The notes under the pieces are model-generated. The model was given only the letters and a program-made list of their open reading frames with translations. It was not told the origin of the DNA and made no database searches. From an uncultured Anaerolineae bacterium (GTDB lineage: Bacteria > Chloroflexota > Anaerolineae > SSC4 > Amarolineaceae): DNA of 24,000 bases. Below are positions 1 to 7,821 of this stretch, piece after piece; positions within the stretch are counted from its first letter, which is position 1, and each line of letters starts with the position of its first letter. The DNA lies in contig CAYUCC010000019.1 of assembly GCA_964443225.1 (NCBI GenBank), forward strand, positions 1,451-25,450, given 5' to 3'. The position numbers and the translations under genes are program-made.

Positions 1-324
1 ACTCTCTGGACGCCCGGGGCGCTTGAGAATCTGGACGAACCCCGCCACACGCCGGCCCTGCACACGCGCCTGCAGCACGTAGGTGGCCACGCCGGTGGCC
101 CGCCAGGGAAACGGCCCCAGAATGGCCACGGCCAACGGGCTGCGGGGACGCGTCAAGGCGTGGACCATATCCAGCCGCTGTGCGTTGTGCTGCAAACGGT
201 ATACGAGCAAACTGTGGCGCAATCCGAACGGCGTAACCACAGAACCGGTCCTCTCCCAGCGCAGGCGCGATCTGATTGGGTCAGGGAGGGAACTCCGTCC
301 CTGGCAGCAGCAACACTGCTGCAT
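1..324 (-). CDS. hypothetical protein, N-terminal part only (continues past window start)
   Basis: Not in the supplied ORF track because it has no stop in the window. Hand translation of the minus strand is open from ATG 324-322 (alternative ATG 168-166) down to position 1: ...SRLRWERTGSVVTPFGLRHSLLVYRLQHNAQRLDMVHALTRPRSPLAVAILGPFPWRATGVATYVLQARVQGRRVAGFVQILKRPGRPE. It is bounded upstream by an in-frame TAA (331-333). Third codon positions are mostly G/C, like the neighbouring genes. No family recognised. Confidence 0.4.
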   Translation of the reverse strand, partial: MQQCCCCQGRSSLPDPIRSRLRWERTGSVVTPFGLRHSLLVYRLQHNAQRLDMVHALTRPRSPLAVAILGPFPWRATGVATYVLQARVQGRRVAGFVQILKRPGRPES

Positions 325-393
325 TCCATATTAAGGAACTATTTTACACCCGTTTGCCCGGCGTCGCAAGAATAGTTGTTACATCTTTGCCCT

Positions 394-464
394 GGAGTCT
401 ATCCGAAAACCTCCCGATAGATCGCCACTGGCCAAGGCGCCGGCGGAGTTTTTGGATAGACTCC
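394..464 (-). other. long interrupted inverted repeat immediately after the LON-domain gene stop (possible terminator or RNA stability hairpin)
   Basis: GGAGTCTATCC (394-404) is the exact reverse complement of GGATAGACTCC (454-464). Pairing continues inward (GAAAACCTCC / GGAGTTTTT) with one bulge, giving a stem of about 20 bp. The right arm touches the TAG stop at 464-466. No U-tract follows on the minus strand. Confidence 0.3.
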
Positions 465-1129
465 TAGTTCAAGAACAGCTGGCCCGTGGGGCCCACCACC
501 AGGTCCTGCTGGGCATCGATCGTCGAGACCATATAACGGAGCAGGTCGTGCTCGCGCAGCAGAAGCTGCCGCTCACGGGCCAACAGCTCGCGCGCCGAAT
601 CGAAGGTCAGCAGATCCTGCTTGTCGGTCATGGGCACCTGCAGGGCAATCGCAATCAGGTAGGCCAGGTCGACCGGGTCATCCGGCATATCCTCAGGGCT
701 AATGTGGACCGTCGCATCGTCACTCAGCAGCTGCAAGTAGGCGGCAATGCGCGGCCGCAGACTCGACACCAGGGCATGCGTGGTGGACGCGGCGGGTGCC
801 GCCAGGGGATAGGTTTCGACCTCAGCCGCCAGGTAGGGTTCATGGTCCAGCAGGCGGCGGATGCGAAACCGACCGGTGCCGGTCGTTTCGATGTTCATGC
901 GCCCGCCGGGCAGCGGCTCGACGTGGGTGATTTTGGCCAGGGTACCCACCTCGTGCGGTGTGGCAGCACCACCCGCCTCCTGGCCGTCGCGAATCAAAAC
1001 CACACCAAACGGTGTATCGTCCTCCATACAGCGCCGGACCATGAGCTTGTAACGCTCCTCGAAGATGTGCAGCGGCAGCACCATCCCCGGGAACAGCACC
1101 GTATTGAGGGGAAAGAGTGGTAATCGCAT
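464..1129 (-). CDS. LON N-terminal (substrate-binding, PUA-like) domain protein, no protease or ATPase domain
   Basis: Starts MRLPLFPLNTVLFPGMVLPLHIFEERYKLMV, the typical opening of Lon N-terminal domain proteins. ATG at 1129 is preceded by AGGAG. The track ORF reaching 1252 is a 5' over-extension that overlaps the truD 3' end. Confidence 0.8.
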   Translation of the reverse strand: MRLPLFPLNTVLFPGMVLPLHIFEERYKLMVRRCMEDDTPFGVVLIRDGQEAGGAATPHEVGTLAKITHVEPLPGGRMNIETTGTGRFRIRRLLDHEPYLAAEVETYPLAAPAASTTHALVSSLRPRIAAYLQLLSDDATVHISPEDMPDDPVDLAYLIAIALQVPMTDKQDLLTFDSARELLARERQLLLREHDLLRYMVSTIDAQQDLVVGPTGQLFLN

Positions 1130-1140
1130 GCGTGATCTCC

Positions 1141-2418
1141 TCAGTCTAAATCGGTGTCCTGCGCGTCGACCGCCAGGGACACCTCGTATTTCATGAACTC
1201 GCGCAGCACGTTTGTCGCATAAGCACCCTTCGGCAGCTGAAATTGCAGCCACAGCCCCGTCTGCTGCTCCGCATCTTCGACCACTGCACCCTCACCCTGC
1301 GGAGTCCGCACCCCCAGGTGCAAACCCGCTTCCTCCTCCGGCGGAGTCCGCACCCCCAGGTGCGGACCAGCCTCTACCCCCTCACCCTGCGGAGTCCGCA
1401 CCCCCAGGTGCGGACCAGCCTCCTCGCCCTCACCCTGCGGAGTCCGCACCCCCAGGTGCGGACCCGCGCTGCTGATGCTCAACCCCTCGATCAACAGCCG
1501 CCCCAGGCGCCGGCTGCCCTCCACGCGGGCCTTTTTGAACGTCCCCGCCGGCAGGGCCACCTCCGCCAGCACGCGCGACTCCAACTCCCCCGCCGTGCCG
1601 CCAGCCGCCATCATCTTGCTGCCAAACATCGGCCCGGTGTGGCTGATCTCGCGCACCTCGAACCGCGGCTGTTCGCGCACCGGGTCTTCGACGATGAACA
1701 ACCCGCCGGTCGCATGTTTTTTCGCCACATCCCCTTGCACCAGGGTGAAAAACAGCTCCGCCTCCCAACGGCGCACCAGGTACAGGTTGAACAACGCCGC
1801 CTGAAAGGCTGACACCACCAGGTCACGCAGCCAACGCTGGCGTGGCCCGCGTCCCAGCAGCGCCTGGTAACCCTGGACCGCATTGTCACCGCGGCGCCCG
1901 AAACGCTGTGGCCCGTAGAAGTTGGGCAGGCCACGATCGAGCAAACGATCAGCAATCGCCGTCGCGCGGGCCGCAGCCTCGGGTACCACATCGGCCACGA
2001 AGATGGTGAAACGGTTGCCCAGCAGGTGTCCGGTGCGCAGCTTGTTGTGGTGGGGGCGTACCCAGTTCACCTGGAACGGCAGTTGGTCGCTGATGCGCGC
2101 GGCCGCCGTCTGCGGATCGATGCCGGGCACGGAAAAGGTCTGCGTGGCCAGGGCCTGGCGGTCTTTGAGGCCGGCATAACCGATGTCACGCACCGGCACG
2201 TCGAAACACTGCCCCAGTTTGATGGCGACGTCACGTGTCGTCCAGCCGGCGCGCGTCAGGTTGATGTAGACGTGAGGGCCGCTGCCTTCGGCCGCGTACA
2301 GAGGGACTTCTTCGACGATGAAGTGTTCAGGGATTTGTTTGATGCTGCCGCCGATACCGGGGAGCTCACCGGTCACGAACGGCAGCGTAAGACCTTGCAG
2401 CACCTGTTCGATGGTCAT
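1141..2418 (-). CDS. truD: tRNA pseudouridine(13) synthase TruD, carrying an in-frame repeat insertion near the C-terminus
   Basis: Contains GYAGLKDRQA (the catalytic-Asp GxKD motif), NFYGPQRFG, and the C-terminal strand LPKGAYATNVLREFMK. Start ATG at 2418 gives MTIEQVLQGLTLPFVTGELPGIGG and overlaps the upstream gene stop by 4 nt (ATGA). The track ORF to 2757 is over-extended. Confidence 0.9.
   Translation of the reverse strand: MTIEQVLQGLTLPFVTGELPGIGGSIKQIPEHFIVEEVPLYAAEGSGPHVYINLTRAGWTTRDVAIKLGQCFDVPVRDIGYAGLKDRQALATQTFSVPGIDPQTAAARISDQLPFQVNWVRPHHNKLRTGHLLGNRFTIFVADVVPEAAARATAIADRLLDRGLPNFYGPQRFGRRGDNAVQGYQALLGRGPRQRWLRDLVVSAFQAALFNLYLVRRWEAELFFTLVQGDVAKKHATGGLFIVEDPVREQPRFEVREISHTGPMFGSKMMAAGGTAGELESRVLAEVALPAGTFKKARVEGSRRLGRLLIEGLSISSAGPHLGVRTPQGEGEEAGPHLGVRTPQGEGVEAGPHLGVRTPPEEEAGLHLGVRTPQGEGAVVEDAEQQTGLWLQFQLPKGAYATNVLREFMKYEVSLAVDAQDTDLD
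1291..1465. repeat. intragenic tandem repeat: four units of 42, 48, 48 and about 28 nt, each containing the hairpin GTCCGCAC-CCCCAG-GTGCGGAC
   Basis: Unit is gcggagtccgcacccccaggtgcggaccagcctc...ctcaccct. Units start at 1299, 1341, 1389 and 1437. Units 2 and 3 are identical at 44 of 48 positions. All periods are multiples of 3. The array is translated within TruD as GPHLGVRTPQGEG(E/V)EA repeats. Confidence 0.95.
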
Positions 2419-2948
2419 ACAGCGGGTCCTTCGATCAGGCGGCGCAGCCCAGCCATGAGTGCAGCACCCACGCCCAACCCCAGCGCCAGCCCCGTGACGA
2501 TCATCGTGAGCTGGCCGCCGTCCCACCAGCCGTGGTGCATGGCGTGCACGTCGAGCTGCCACAGACCAAATGTGGCCACGGCCACGGTCAGACGCAGCGG
2601 CCAGGACCAGGTTTCGAGCCAGGCGTACACTGGTCCGCGGTGCGCGTAAGCGCCGCGGATCAGCAGAATGCCGATGAGCGCCGTGTAACAGCGCGAACAG
2701 ACCGCCCACGGATAGCCGGCCAGCTCGAATGCCATCTCGGGCTGCGGGCAGATCCAAAAGCCAAGCGCGGTGATGGCCTCACCCACCGGGGTAAACAACG
2801 GCCAGCCCGTGGCGCGAAAGAGCGGCGCCAGGATCGGCCCCGCCGCCAGGAAGGCTAGCACGACATCGACCACCAACCAGCCGCGCCGCGCGGGTGAAAC
2901 ACGCAGCGCCAGCGACCACTGATAGAAACTGGAACGTAAGCTGCTCAC
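2415..2948 (-). CDS. DUF2085-family integral membrane protein
   Basis: Several hydrophobic segments plus the family-typical Cys pattern ICPQPE...AVCSRCYTALIG. GTG start at 2948 overlaps the crtB stop (GTGA). Its own stop overlaps the truD ATG (ATGA). Confidence 0.7.
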   Translation of the reverse strand: MSSLRSSFYQWSLALRVSPARRGWLVVDVVLAFLAAGPILAPLFRATGWPLFTPVGEAITALGFWICPQPEMAFELAGYPWAVCSRCYTALIGILLIRGAYAHRGPVYAWLETWSWPLRLTVAVATFGLWQLDVHAMHHGWWDGGQLTMIVTGLALGLGVGAALMAGLRRLIEGPAV

Positions 2949-3907
2949 AGGTACTCCACGCCCCGTTTTTCGACCTTTGCCAGCTTACGGGTGTGCCACC
3001 AAATGGACGGCAGCCGCGCCAGCTTACCCCACAGGCCCAGGTGCGCCCGCCGGGCATAGACATCATAATCGATCTGCCGAATCTGGTCCAGGATGCCGCG
3101 GTAGACGACCGCCGCCGTAGCCACCGACAGACGGCTGTCGGGACTCAGCAGCGCAATCCCGGCCCACGCCTCATCGTAGAGGCGTTCGGCGCGCACGATC
3201 TCGAATTCCATCAGGGCCTTGAAACGCACATCGACCGTGCCGTGACAGAAGTCGGCATACGTCAGGCCGAACTGCTCGATGTCCTGGCGCGGCAGATAGA
3301 CCCGGCCGCGCGTGGCATCTTCACCCACGTCGCGCAGAATGTTGGTCAGCTGCAGCGCCACGCCCAGCTTGATGGCGTAATCACGCGCCCGCGGGTCGGC
3401 ATAGCCGGTGATGTGCATCGACATCAAACCCACGGTGGACGCCACACAGTAACAGTAGCGTTCGAGCTGCGGCCACGTTTCGTAGACCGGGATCGTCAGA
3501 TCCATCTCCATGCCGTCGAGCAGTTCTTCGGCGTAGTGGCGCGGGACGCCGAACCGTTCGCGCGTATCGGCCCACGCCAGCAGAACGTGCTCCCGCTGTT
3601 CGTTGGCGGGACGAAACGCCTGAACCCGCCAGGCGCCCAGTTGTTCGCGCGCATCGGCGTGGGCCGCGTCGACGATGTTGTCGCTCAAGCGGCAGAAGGC
3701 GTACAAGGCATGCACCGCCTGCCGTTTGGCCGCCGGCAGCATCAACGAGCTGAAATAGAAACTCTTGGAGTATTCTTTGGTAATACGAGTGCTGACATCG
3801 TACGCCCGCTGGAGGGCCTCGCCCCGCGCATGGGGCAAACGCGCTTCAGCAGGACGTGGCTCATGCGAGCTGAAAATATCAAGCGGGCTGTTGAACTCGA
3901 CTGCCAT
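2945..3907 (-). CDS. crtB: phytoene synthase (squalene/phytoene synthase family)
   Basis: YAFCRLSDNIVD (first Asp-rich motif), YCYCVASTVGLM, and LQLTNILRDVGEDATRGRVYLP (second Asp-rich motif region). GGAAGGAGG lies upstream of the ATG at 3907. Confidence 0.9.
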   Translation of the reverse strand: MAVEFNSPLDIFSSHEPRPAEARLPHARGEALQRAYDVSTRITKEYSKSFYFSSLMLPAAKRQAVHALYAFCRLSDNIVDAAHADAREQLGAWRVQAFRPANEQREHVLLAWADTRERFGVPRHYAEELLDGMEMDLTIPVYETWPQLERYCYCVASTVGLMSMHITGYADPRARDYAIKLGVALQLTNILRDVGEDATRGRVYLPRQDIEQFGLTYADFCHGTVDVRFKALMEFEIVRAERLYDEAWAGIALLSPDSRLSVATAAVVYRGILDQIRQIDYDVYARRAHLGLWGKLARLPSIWWHTRKLAKVEKRGVEYL

Positions 3908-3976
3908 CGAAACCTCCTTCCAGATTCTATGCCTGGGACTTTCGGGGGCTGATGTGGTGTTGCATGACGCAGGCGC

Positions 3977-5419
3977 TCACGGCCGTGGCACGAACGCCGT
4001 ACCCTGGAAGCGTGCCAGGACGGCGTCGGCAGCACGGTTACCGCTGCGCACCGCTCCCTCCATGGAATCGTAGAAGCGCTGGTAGGTGTACCCACCCGCC
4101 ACAGCCACGTTGGCGATGGGGGACGCCTGGCTGGGACGCAGGTGGTCCATGCCGGGTTTCGGCCAGTAGACCGACTGCGGTACGCGCACCACCTTCGACT
4201 TTTCGATATGTGCGCCCGCCGCACTCGAAGGGAACACGGCATGCACGTCGTCCCACACCATCTTCACGATCTCGGCATCACTGAGCGACATCAAGTTGTG
4301 CGCCGGTGCCACGACAAACTGGAAGCGTGATTTGCCCTGGTAAGCATAATCGGGCGTCGTATTCCCCATGTCGGCATACACGGGAATGATGCCATCGGGC
4401 GCAAAGATGATGTTGTCAATGTGGCTGATCTGGCGGTCGGCCCACAGGTGAACGGTGATCACCGGTACGCCCTCGAATTGGGACAACCCGCGGAAATAGT
4501 CGTAGTTGAGCCAGGTGGCGGGCATCAACCGCTTCAGGTTGTGAATCGGCAGCGCCGTCATGTACTGGTCGGCCTCCAGGCGTGAGGTCGTTGGTGTCAA
4601 TGGGGTTTCGCCGGGCAGCAGGGTGGTGCGCGGCGCATCCCACGTCACCAGGACACCGCGCACAGCACCGTCATCGGCCGTGAGAATCTCCGTGACCTTG
4701 GCCCCCGTGGCCACGTGGCTGCCGCGGCTAATGATATGCTGCGCCAATGGCCCCGTCAAATATTGCTCCGGCGCCCCCCGCAGGAATCCCATGCGGCTGG
4801 CGTTATTTTGGCGCAGGAACAGCCCACTGACGTCCAACACGACACGCGCGCTGATGTCTTCGGGTTTCAGGAACTTCAGTGCCAGCGTCATCGGCAGGAA
4901 CATCTTGCTCAGCATACGATCGGCGATCCCCATGCCGCGATGCCACTGCTGATAGGTGAGACGATCCTGGTCGGCGTAGTAGTTTTCGCCACCAAACAGA
5001 ATCGGTGCCAGTGCTTTGCCCAGCGTTGCCTTTTCCCCCAGGGAGAAATAGCGGTTGGTAAACACCGCCGGCAGCAGGTGCAGCGGTGACGGCAACGGCA
5101 GCGTGCGGAATTCGAACCGTTCACCCTCGTCGAGGGTGTAAGTCAACACGTGCTCCTTCCACATGATCTGATCGTACGTGCCGATGTCGCGCATCACGTC
5201 GTAGATCTCTTCGTAGGCGCCAAAGAATACGTGCAGTCCTGTCTCGATCCAATCGCCGTCTTCGTCCTGCCACGACGACCATTTACCACCCAACACATCG
5301 CGCTTCTCAAGTACAATAGCCGTGCAGCCTGCCTCGGTCAACTTCTTGGCCGCCGCCAACCCAGCCAACCCGCCCCCCATGATCAATACCGTTTTTGGTG
5401 TTTGTGCACTCGTTTCCAT
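3977..5419 (-). CDS. crtP: phytoene desaturase of the plant/cyanobacterial PDS (CrtP) type
   Basis: N-terminal FAD fold VLIMGGGLAGLAAAKKL...VLEKRDVLGGK. Then WQDEDGDWIETGLHVFFGAYEE, which closely matches the PDS signature [35 protein letters not shown]. Distinguishing PDS from ZDS (CrtQ) by eye is not fully secure. Confidence 0.8.
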   Translation of the reverse strand: METSAQTPKTVLIMGGGLAGLAAAKKLTEAGCTAIVLEKRDVLGGKWSSWQDEDGDWIETGLHVFFGAYEEIYDVMRDIGTYDQIMWKEHVLTYTLDEGERFEFRTLPLPSPLHLLPAVFTNRYFSLGEKATLGKALAPILFGGENYYADQDRLTYQQWHRGMGIADRMLSKMFLPMTLALKFLKPEDISARVVLDVSGLFLRQNNASRMGFLRGAPEQYLTGPLAQHIISRGSHVATGAKVTEILTADDGAVRGVLVTWDAPRTTLLPGETPLTPTTSRLEADQYMTALPIHNLKRLMPATWLNYDYFRGLSQFEGVPVITVHLWADRQISHIDNIIFAPDGIIPVYADMGNTTPDYAYQGKSRFQFVVAPAHNLMSLSDAEIVKMVWDDVHAVFPSSAAGAHIEKSKVVRVPQSVYWPKPGMDHLRPSQASPIANVAVAGGYTYQRFYDSMEGAVRSGNRAADAVLARFQGTAFVPRP

Positions 5420-5464
5420 AATCAGTCACCTCTCCAAAATCAATCGAAAATCACCAATACCTGT

Positions 5465-5827
5465 TCAACGCGGAATCCAAGATCGCACACGCTGTTCCAT
5501 CCGCCGTACGCGCGCCCAGGCCTCGGGGCTCGACAGCGCCAGGAGCCCTTGCACGATCAGTACATTCGTGATCAGAAAAAATACCGCTTCTTCGAGCGGG
5601 AGTCCAAGGATGAAGATCCCCAGGCTGCGGTCCAACGAGATGTCCCAGATGCCATCACCAATTGCCAGCCGGTCGGCAAAACTGAGCCACAGAAACGGGA
5701 TCATCACACCGGCCAGGAACAGCCGCCACTGGCGGATCAGGGTCTCGCGGGCAAACCAGAACTGCAGGATGATGATCGGCACCGCCCAACCCAGCTCGAA
5801 GATGATGTAGGTCCACGTGCCAAACAT
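5465..5827 (-). CDS. lycopene cyclase domain protein (second subunit of a heterodimeric CrtYc/CrtYd-type cyclase)
   Basis: 120-aa membrane protein with the GLPLEEAVFFLITN motif (the PLEE motif of lycopene cyclase domains). Its ATG directly abuts the upstream gene's TAG (5828-5830). Confidence 0.8.
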   Translation of the reverse strand: MFGTWTYIIFELGWAVPIIILQFWFARETLIRQWRLFLAGVMIPFLWLSFADRLAIGDGIWDISLDRSLGIFILGLPLEEAVFFLITNVLIVQGLLALSSPEAWARVRRMEQRVRSWIPR

Positions 5828-6151
5828 CTAGGCCTCCGGTCGCCACAGGTACTGGCGCAACAGGTGCAGCAGCATACCGGTGAAAATCACCTGCAGGACG
5901 AAGAAGAGGTATTCTTCGAGCGGCACCACACCCAACACAATCCCCCAGACTTTATCGGGATCGTAGGTCCAGACGCCTTGCATGATGATCGCGTTGTCCC
6001 ACGGCGTCGTGGATACGACGGCGACCACCGCAATCGCCGCGATGTGTTTCCAGTTGGGCCACGTGCGCTTGCGCCACAGCACCAGAGCAATCAGCAGCGT
6101 CGGCACAATGACGAAGATCAACAAAAAGCCTGCGTAAGTCACACCATCCAT
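5828..6151 (-). CDS. lycopene cyclase domain protein (first subunit of a heterodimeric CrtYc/CrtYd-type cyclase)
   Basis: 107-aa membrane protein with TTPWDN...VVPLEEYLFFVLQ, the same domain signature as its neighbour. Confidence 0.8.
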   Translation of the reverse strand: MDGVTYAGFLLIFVIVPTLLIALVLWRKRTWPNWKHIAAIAVVAVVSTTPWDNAIIMQGVWTYDPDKVWGIVLGVVPLEEYLFFVLQVIFTGMLLHLLRQYLWRPEA

Positions 6152-6200
6152 CCCCGGCCAGCCTCAGTGCGCCGGCCTCGCTGTGTCGTACGATCGGTCA

Positions 6201-6842
6201 TCAATCGTCGGGCTGATGACGGCCAACGTGTTCCAGGAACTCGTTACGCGTACGCGGATTCTCGCGGAAATTGCCCAACATCGCACTGGTCACCATACGC
6301 GTGTTGGCCTTTTTGACCCCGCGCATCGCGGCGCACATGTGGACCCCCTCGCAGATCACCGCGACCCCCTGCGGCTGCAAGAGTTCGTTGATGAACTCCG
6401 CCACCTGCACGGTCATCCGTTCCTGGACCTGCAGGCGCCGCGCAAACATCTCGACGATGCGGGGGATTTTGCTGAGGCCAATGACCTTGCCGTTGGGAAT
6501 GTAGGCCACGTGCGCTTTGCCATAAAACGGCAGCATGTGGTGCTCGCACAGGCTGTGGTAATCGATGTTTTTGACGATGACCATCTCGTCGTAGCTGATG
6601 TCGAAAATCGCATCGTTCACCAGTGCCACCGGATCGACGTGGTAGCCGGCGGTCAACTCTTCGAACATTTTGGCCACGCGACGCGGGGTACGCTGTAAGC
6701 CCTCACGCTGCGGGTCTTCACCGATGGCACACAGAATCGCATGAACCGCCTCTTCGATGTCGTGATCGCACCCCGCCGCATCATCCTCCAGCTCGGTGCG
6801 GAAGACATCGAATGTCTTGACGTCAATTTTGAGTGAACTCAT
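6201..6842 (-). CDS. folE: GTP cyclohydrolase I
   Basis: [48 protein letters not shown]...CAAMRGV are classic FolE motifs. The ATG overlaps the folK stop (ATGA). Confidence 0.92.
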   Translation of the reverse strand: MSSLKIDVKTFDVFRTELEDDAAGCDHDIEEAVHAILCAIGEDPQREGLQRTPRRVAKMFEELTAGYHVDPVALVNDAIFDISYDEMVIVKNIDYHSLCEHHMLPFYGKAHVAYIPNGKVIGLSKIPRIVEMFARRLQVQERMTVQVAEFINELLQPQGVAVICEGVHMCAAMRGVKKANTRMVTSAMLGNFRENPRTRNEFLEHVGRHQPDD

Positions 6843-7348
6843 CGAATCACCTCGCTCAAATCAAGATCATCACGCCGCCAGATACCCGGCTCACTCGCCA
6901 GTGCCACCGCCATCTGGGCCAGGGTCCGGCCGGTGAGGGGGTGCACGTAGTCCGGCGCAATGTCGGCCAGGGGACGGACGACGTGTGCATAACGGGCAAT
7001 ATCCGGATCGGGCACACGGCGTTTGCCGAGAAAAAGCACATCCTGGTTGAACAGGACCAGGTCGAGATCGATGGTGCGTGCGTCATTGGGATTGAACGTG
7101 CGCTGCCGCCCCAAGGCCAGTTCGATCGGGTCGAGCACCGTTTCTTTGAACTGCGTCGCCGGCAGTGGCGTCTGGGCCATCAGGGCCGCATTCAGGAAAT
7201 TGGGTTGGTTCGGATCCCCCACGGCGGCCGTTTCGTACACCGGTGAGACGGCCACCACCTGGCAGACCTGCGCCAGGCGGCGCACGGCCTGCACCAGGTT
7301 GGCTGCCGGGGCGATGTTGGAACCCAGGCTGACGTACGCCACGTTCAC
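6839..7348 (-). CDS. folK: 2-amino-4-hydroxy-6-hydroxymethyldihydropteridine pyrophosphokinase (HPPK)
   Basis: [10 protein letters not shown]..., [19 protein letters not shown]. Preferred start is GTG 7348, which is preceded by GAGGG overlapping the folB stop. GTG 7369 and ATG 7420/7432 are also possible, so the start is uncertain. Confidence 0.85.
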   Translation of the reverse strand: MNVAYVSLGSNIAPAANLVQAVRRLAQVCQVVAVSPVYETAAVGDPNQPNFLNAALMAQTPLPATQFKETVLDPIELALGRQRTFNPNDARTIDLDLVLFNQDVLFLGKRRVPDPDIARYAHVVRPLADIAPDYVHPLTGRTLAQMAVALASEPGIWRRDDLDLSEVIR

Positions 7349-7358
7349 CGCGGTACCC

Positions 7359-7739
7359 TCAGCCAGCACCCTCGAAATCGGCCGCCGTCCGCTCGATGCA
7401 CACACCCACCGAGCGCGCATAACGCAGGGCACCCGGCTTTTCGAGCTGGACCATCACCCGCACCACTTTGGGGAACTCGGTCAGGATGAGACGCGCGATT
7501 TCGGTTGCCAGTTTTTCGACGAGGAAAAAGTGCGAATTCTCCACCAGGTCGATGACCCGCTTGGTGACCTGTTTGTAGTTCACGGCATCGCCAATGTCGT
7601 CGGACGCGCCGGCGCGACGCACATCGACGTGCAGCGTCAGATTGATCAGAACATCCTGGGGTTTGTCGCGTTCATCGGGGTTGATTCCCACGATGCAGCG
7701 CAGCAGGAGGTCATGGATTTGCACGCGGTCTGGGGTCAC
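7359..7739 (-). CDS. folB: dihydroneopterin aldolase
   Basis: DRVQIHDLLLRCIVGINPDERDKPQDVLINLTL...AVNYKQV...HFFLVEKLA is FolB-like. GTG start has AGGAG 7 nt upstream. Confidence 0.85.
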   Translation of the reverse strand: MTPDRVQIHDLLLRCIVGINPDERDKPQDVLINLTLHVDVRRAGASDDIGDAVNYKQVTKRVIDLVENSHFFLVEKLATEIARLILTEFPKVVRVMVQLEKPGALRYARSVGVCIERTAADFEGAG

Positions 7740-7821
7740 TTGTCATCTCCTGATGTCGGTTCGCTGGTTCCCCAGCTTTGCAGCCGTACGCCAGGATTGG
7801 ACGCCGTGACGGCGCGGGTGG

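Noticed and set aside
83-467. Plus-strand ORFs 83..334, 160..375 and 276..467 as genes
   Set aside because: They are short, mutually overlapping and have odd compositions. The minus-strand frame across 1..324 shows better codon-position GC bias, and 325..463 looks intergenic.
1291-1465. Possible CRISPR array, because of regularly spaced palindromic repeats
   Set aside because: The units are directly adjacent with no unique spacers. The periods are 42 and 48 nt and in frame inside truD. No cas genes are nearby. This is an intragenic tandem repeat, not a CRISPR array.
2419-2757. 113-codon N-terminal extension of the truD ORF (track ORF 1141..2757)
   Set aside because: The extension is Arg/Ala-rich with no TruD similarity, and it lies entirely antisense-independent inside the DUF2085 gene frame region. 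The canonical TruD N-terminus MTIEQ...PGIGG starts at 2418 with an ATGA overlap to the upstream stop.
3977-5419. Bacterial CrtI-type four-step phytoene desaturase
   Set aside because: The sequence matches the PDS/CrtP signature (DEDGDW-ETGLH-FFGAY) rather than CrtI motifs. It is called CrtP-like, pending phylogeny.
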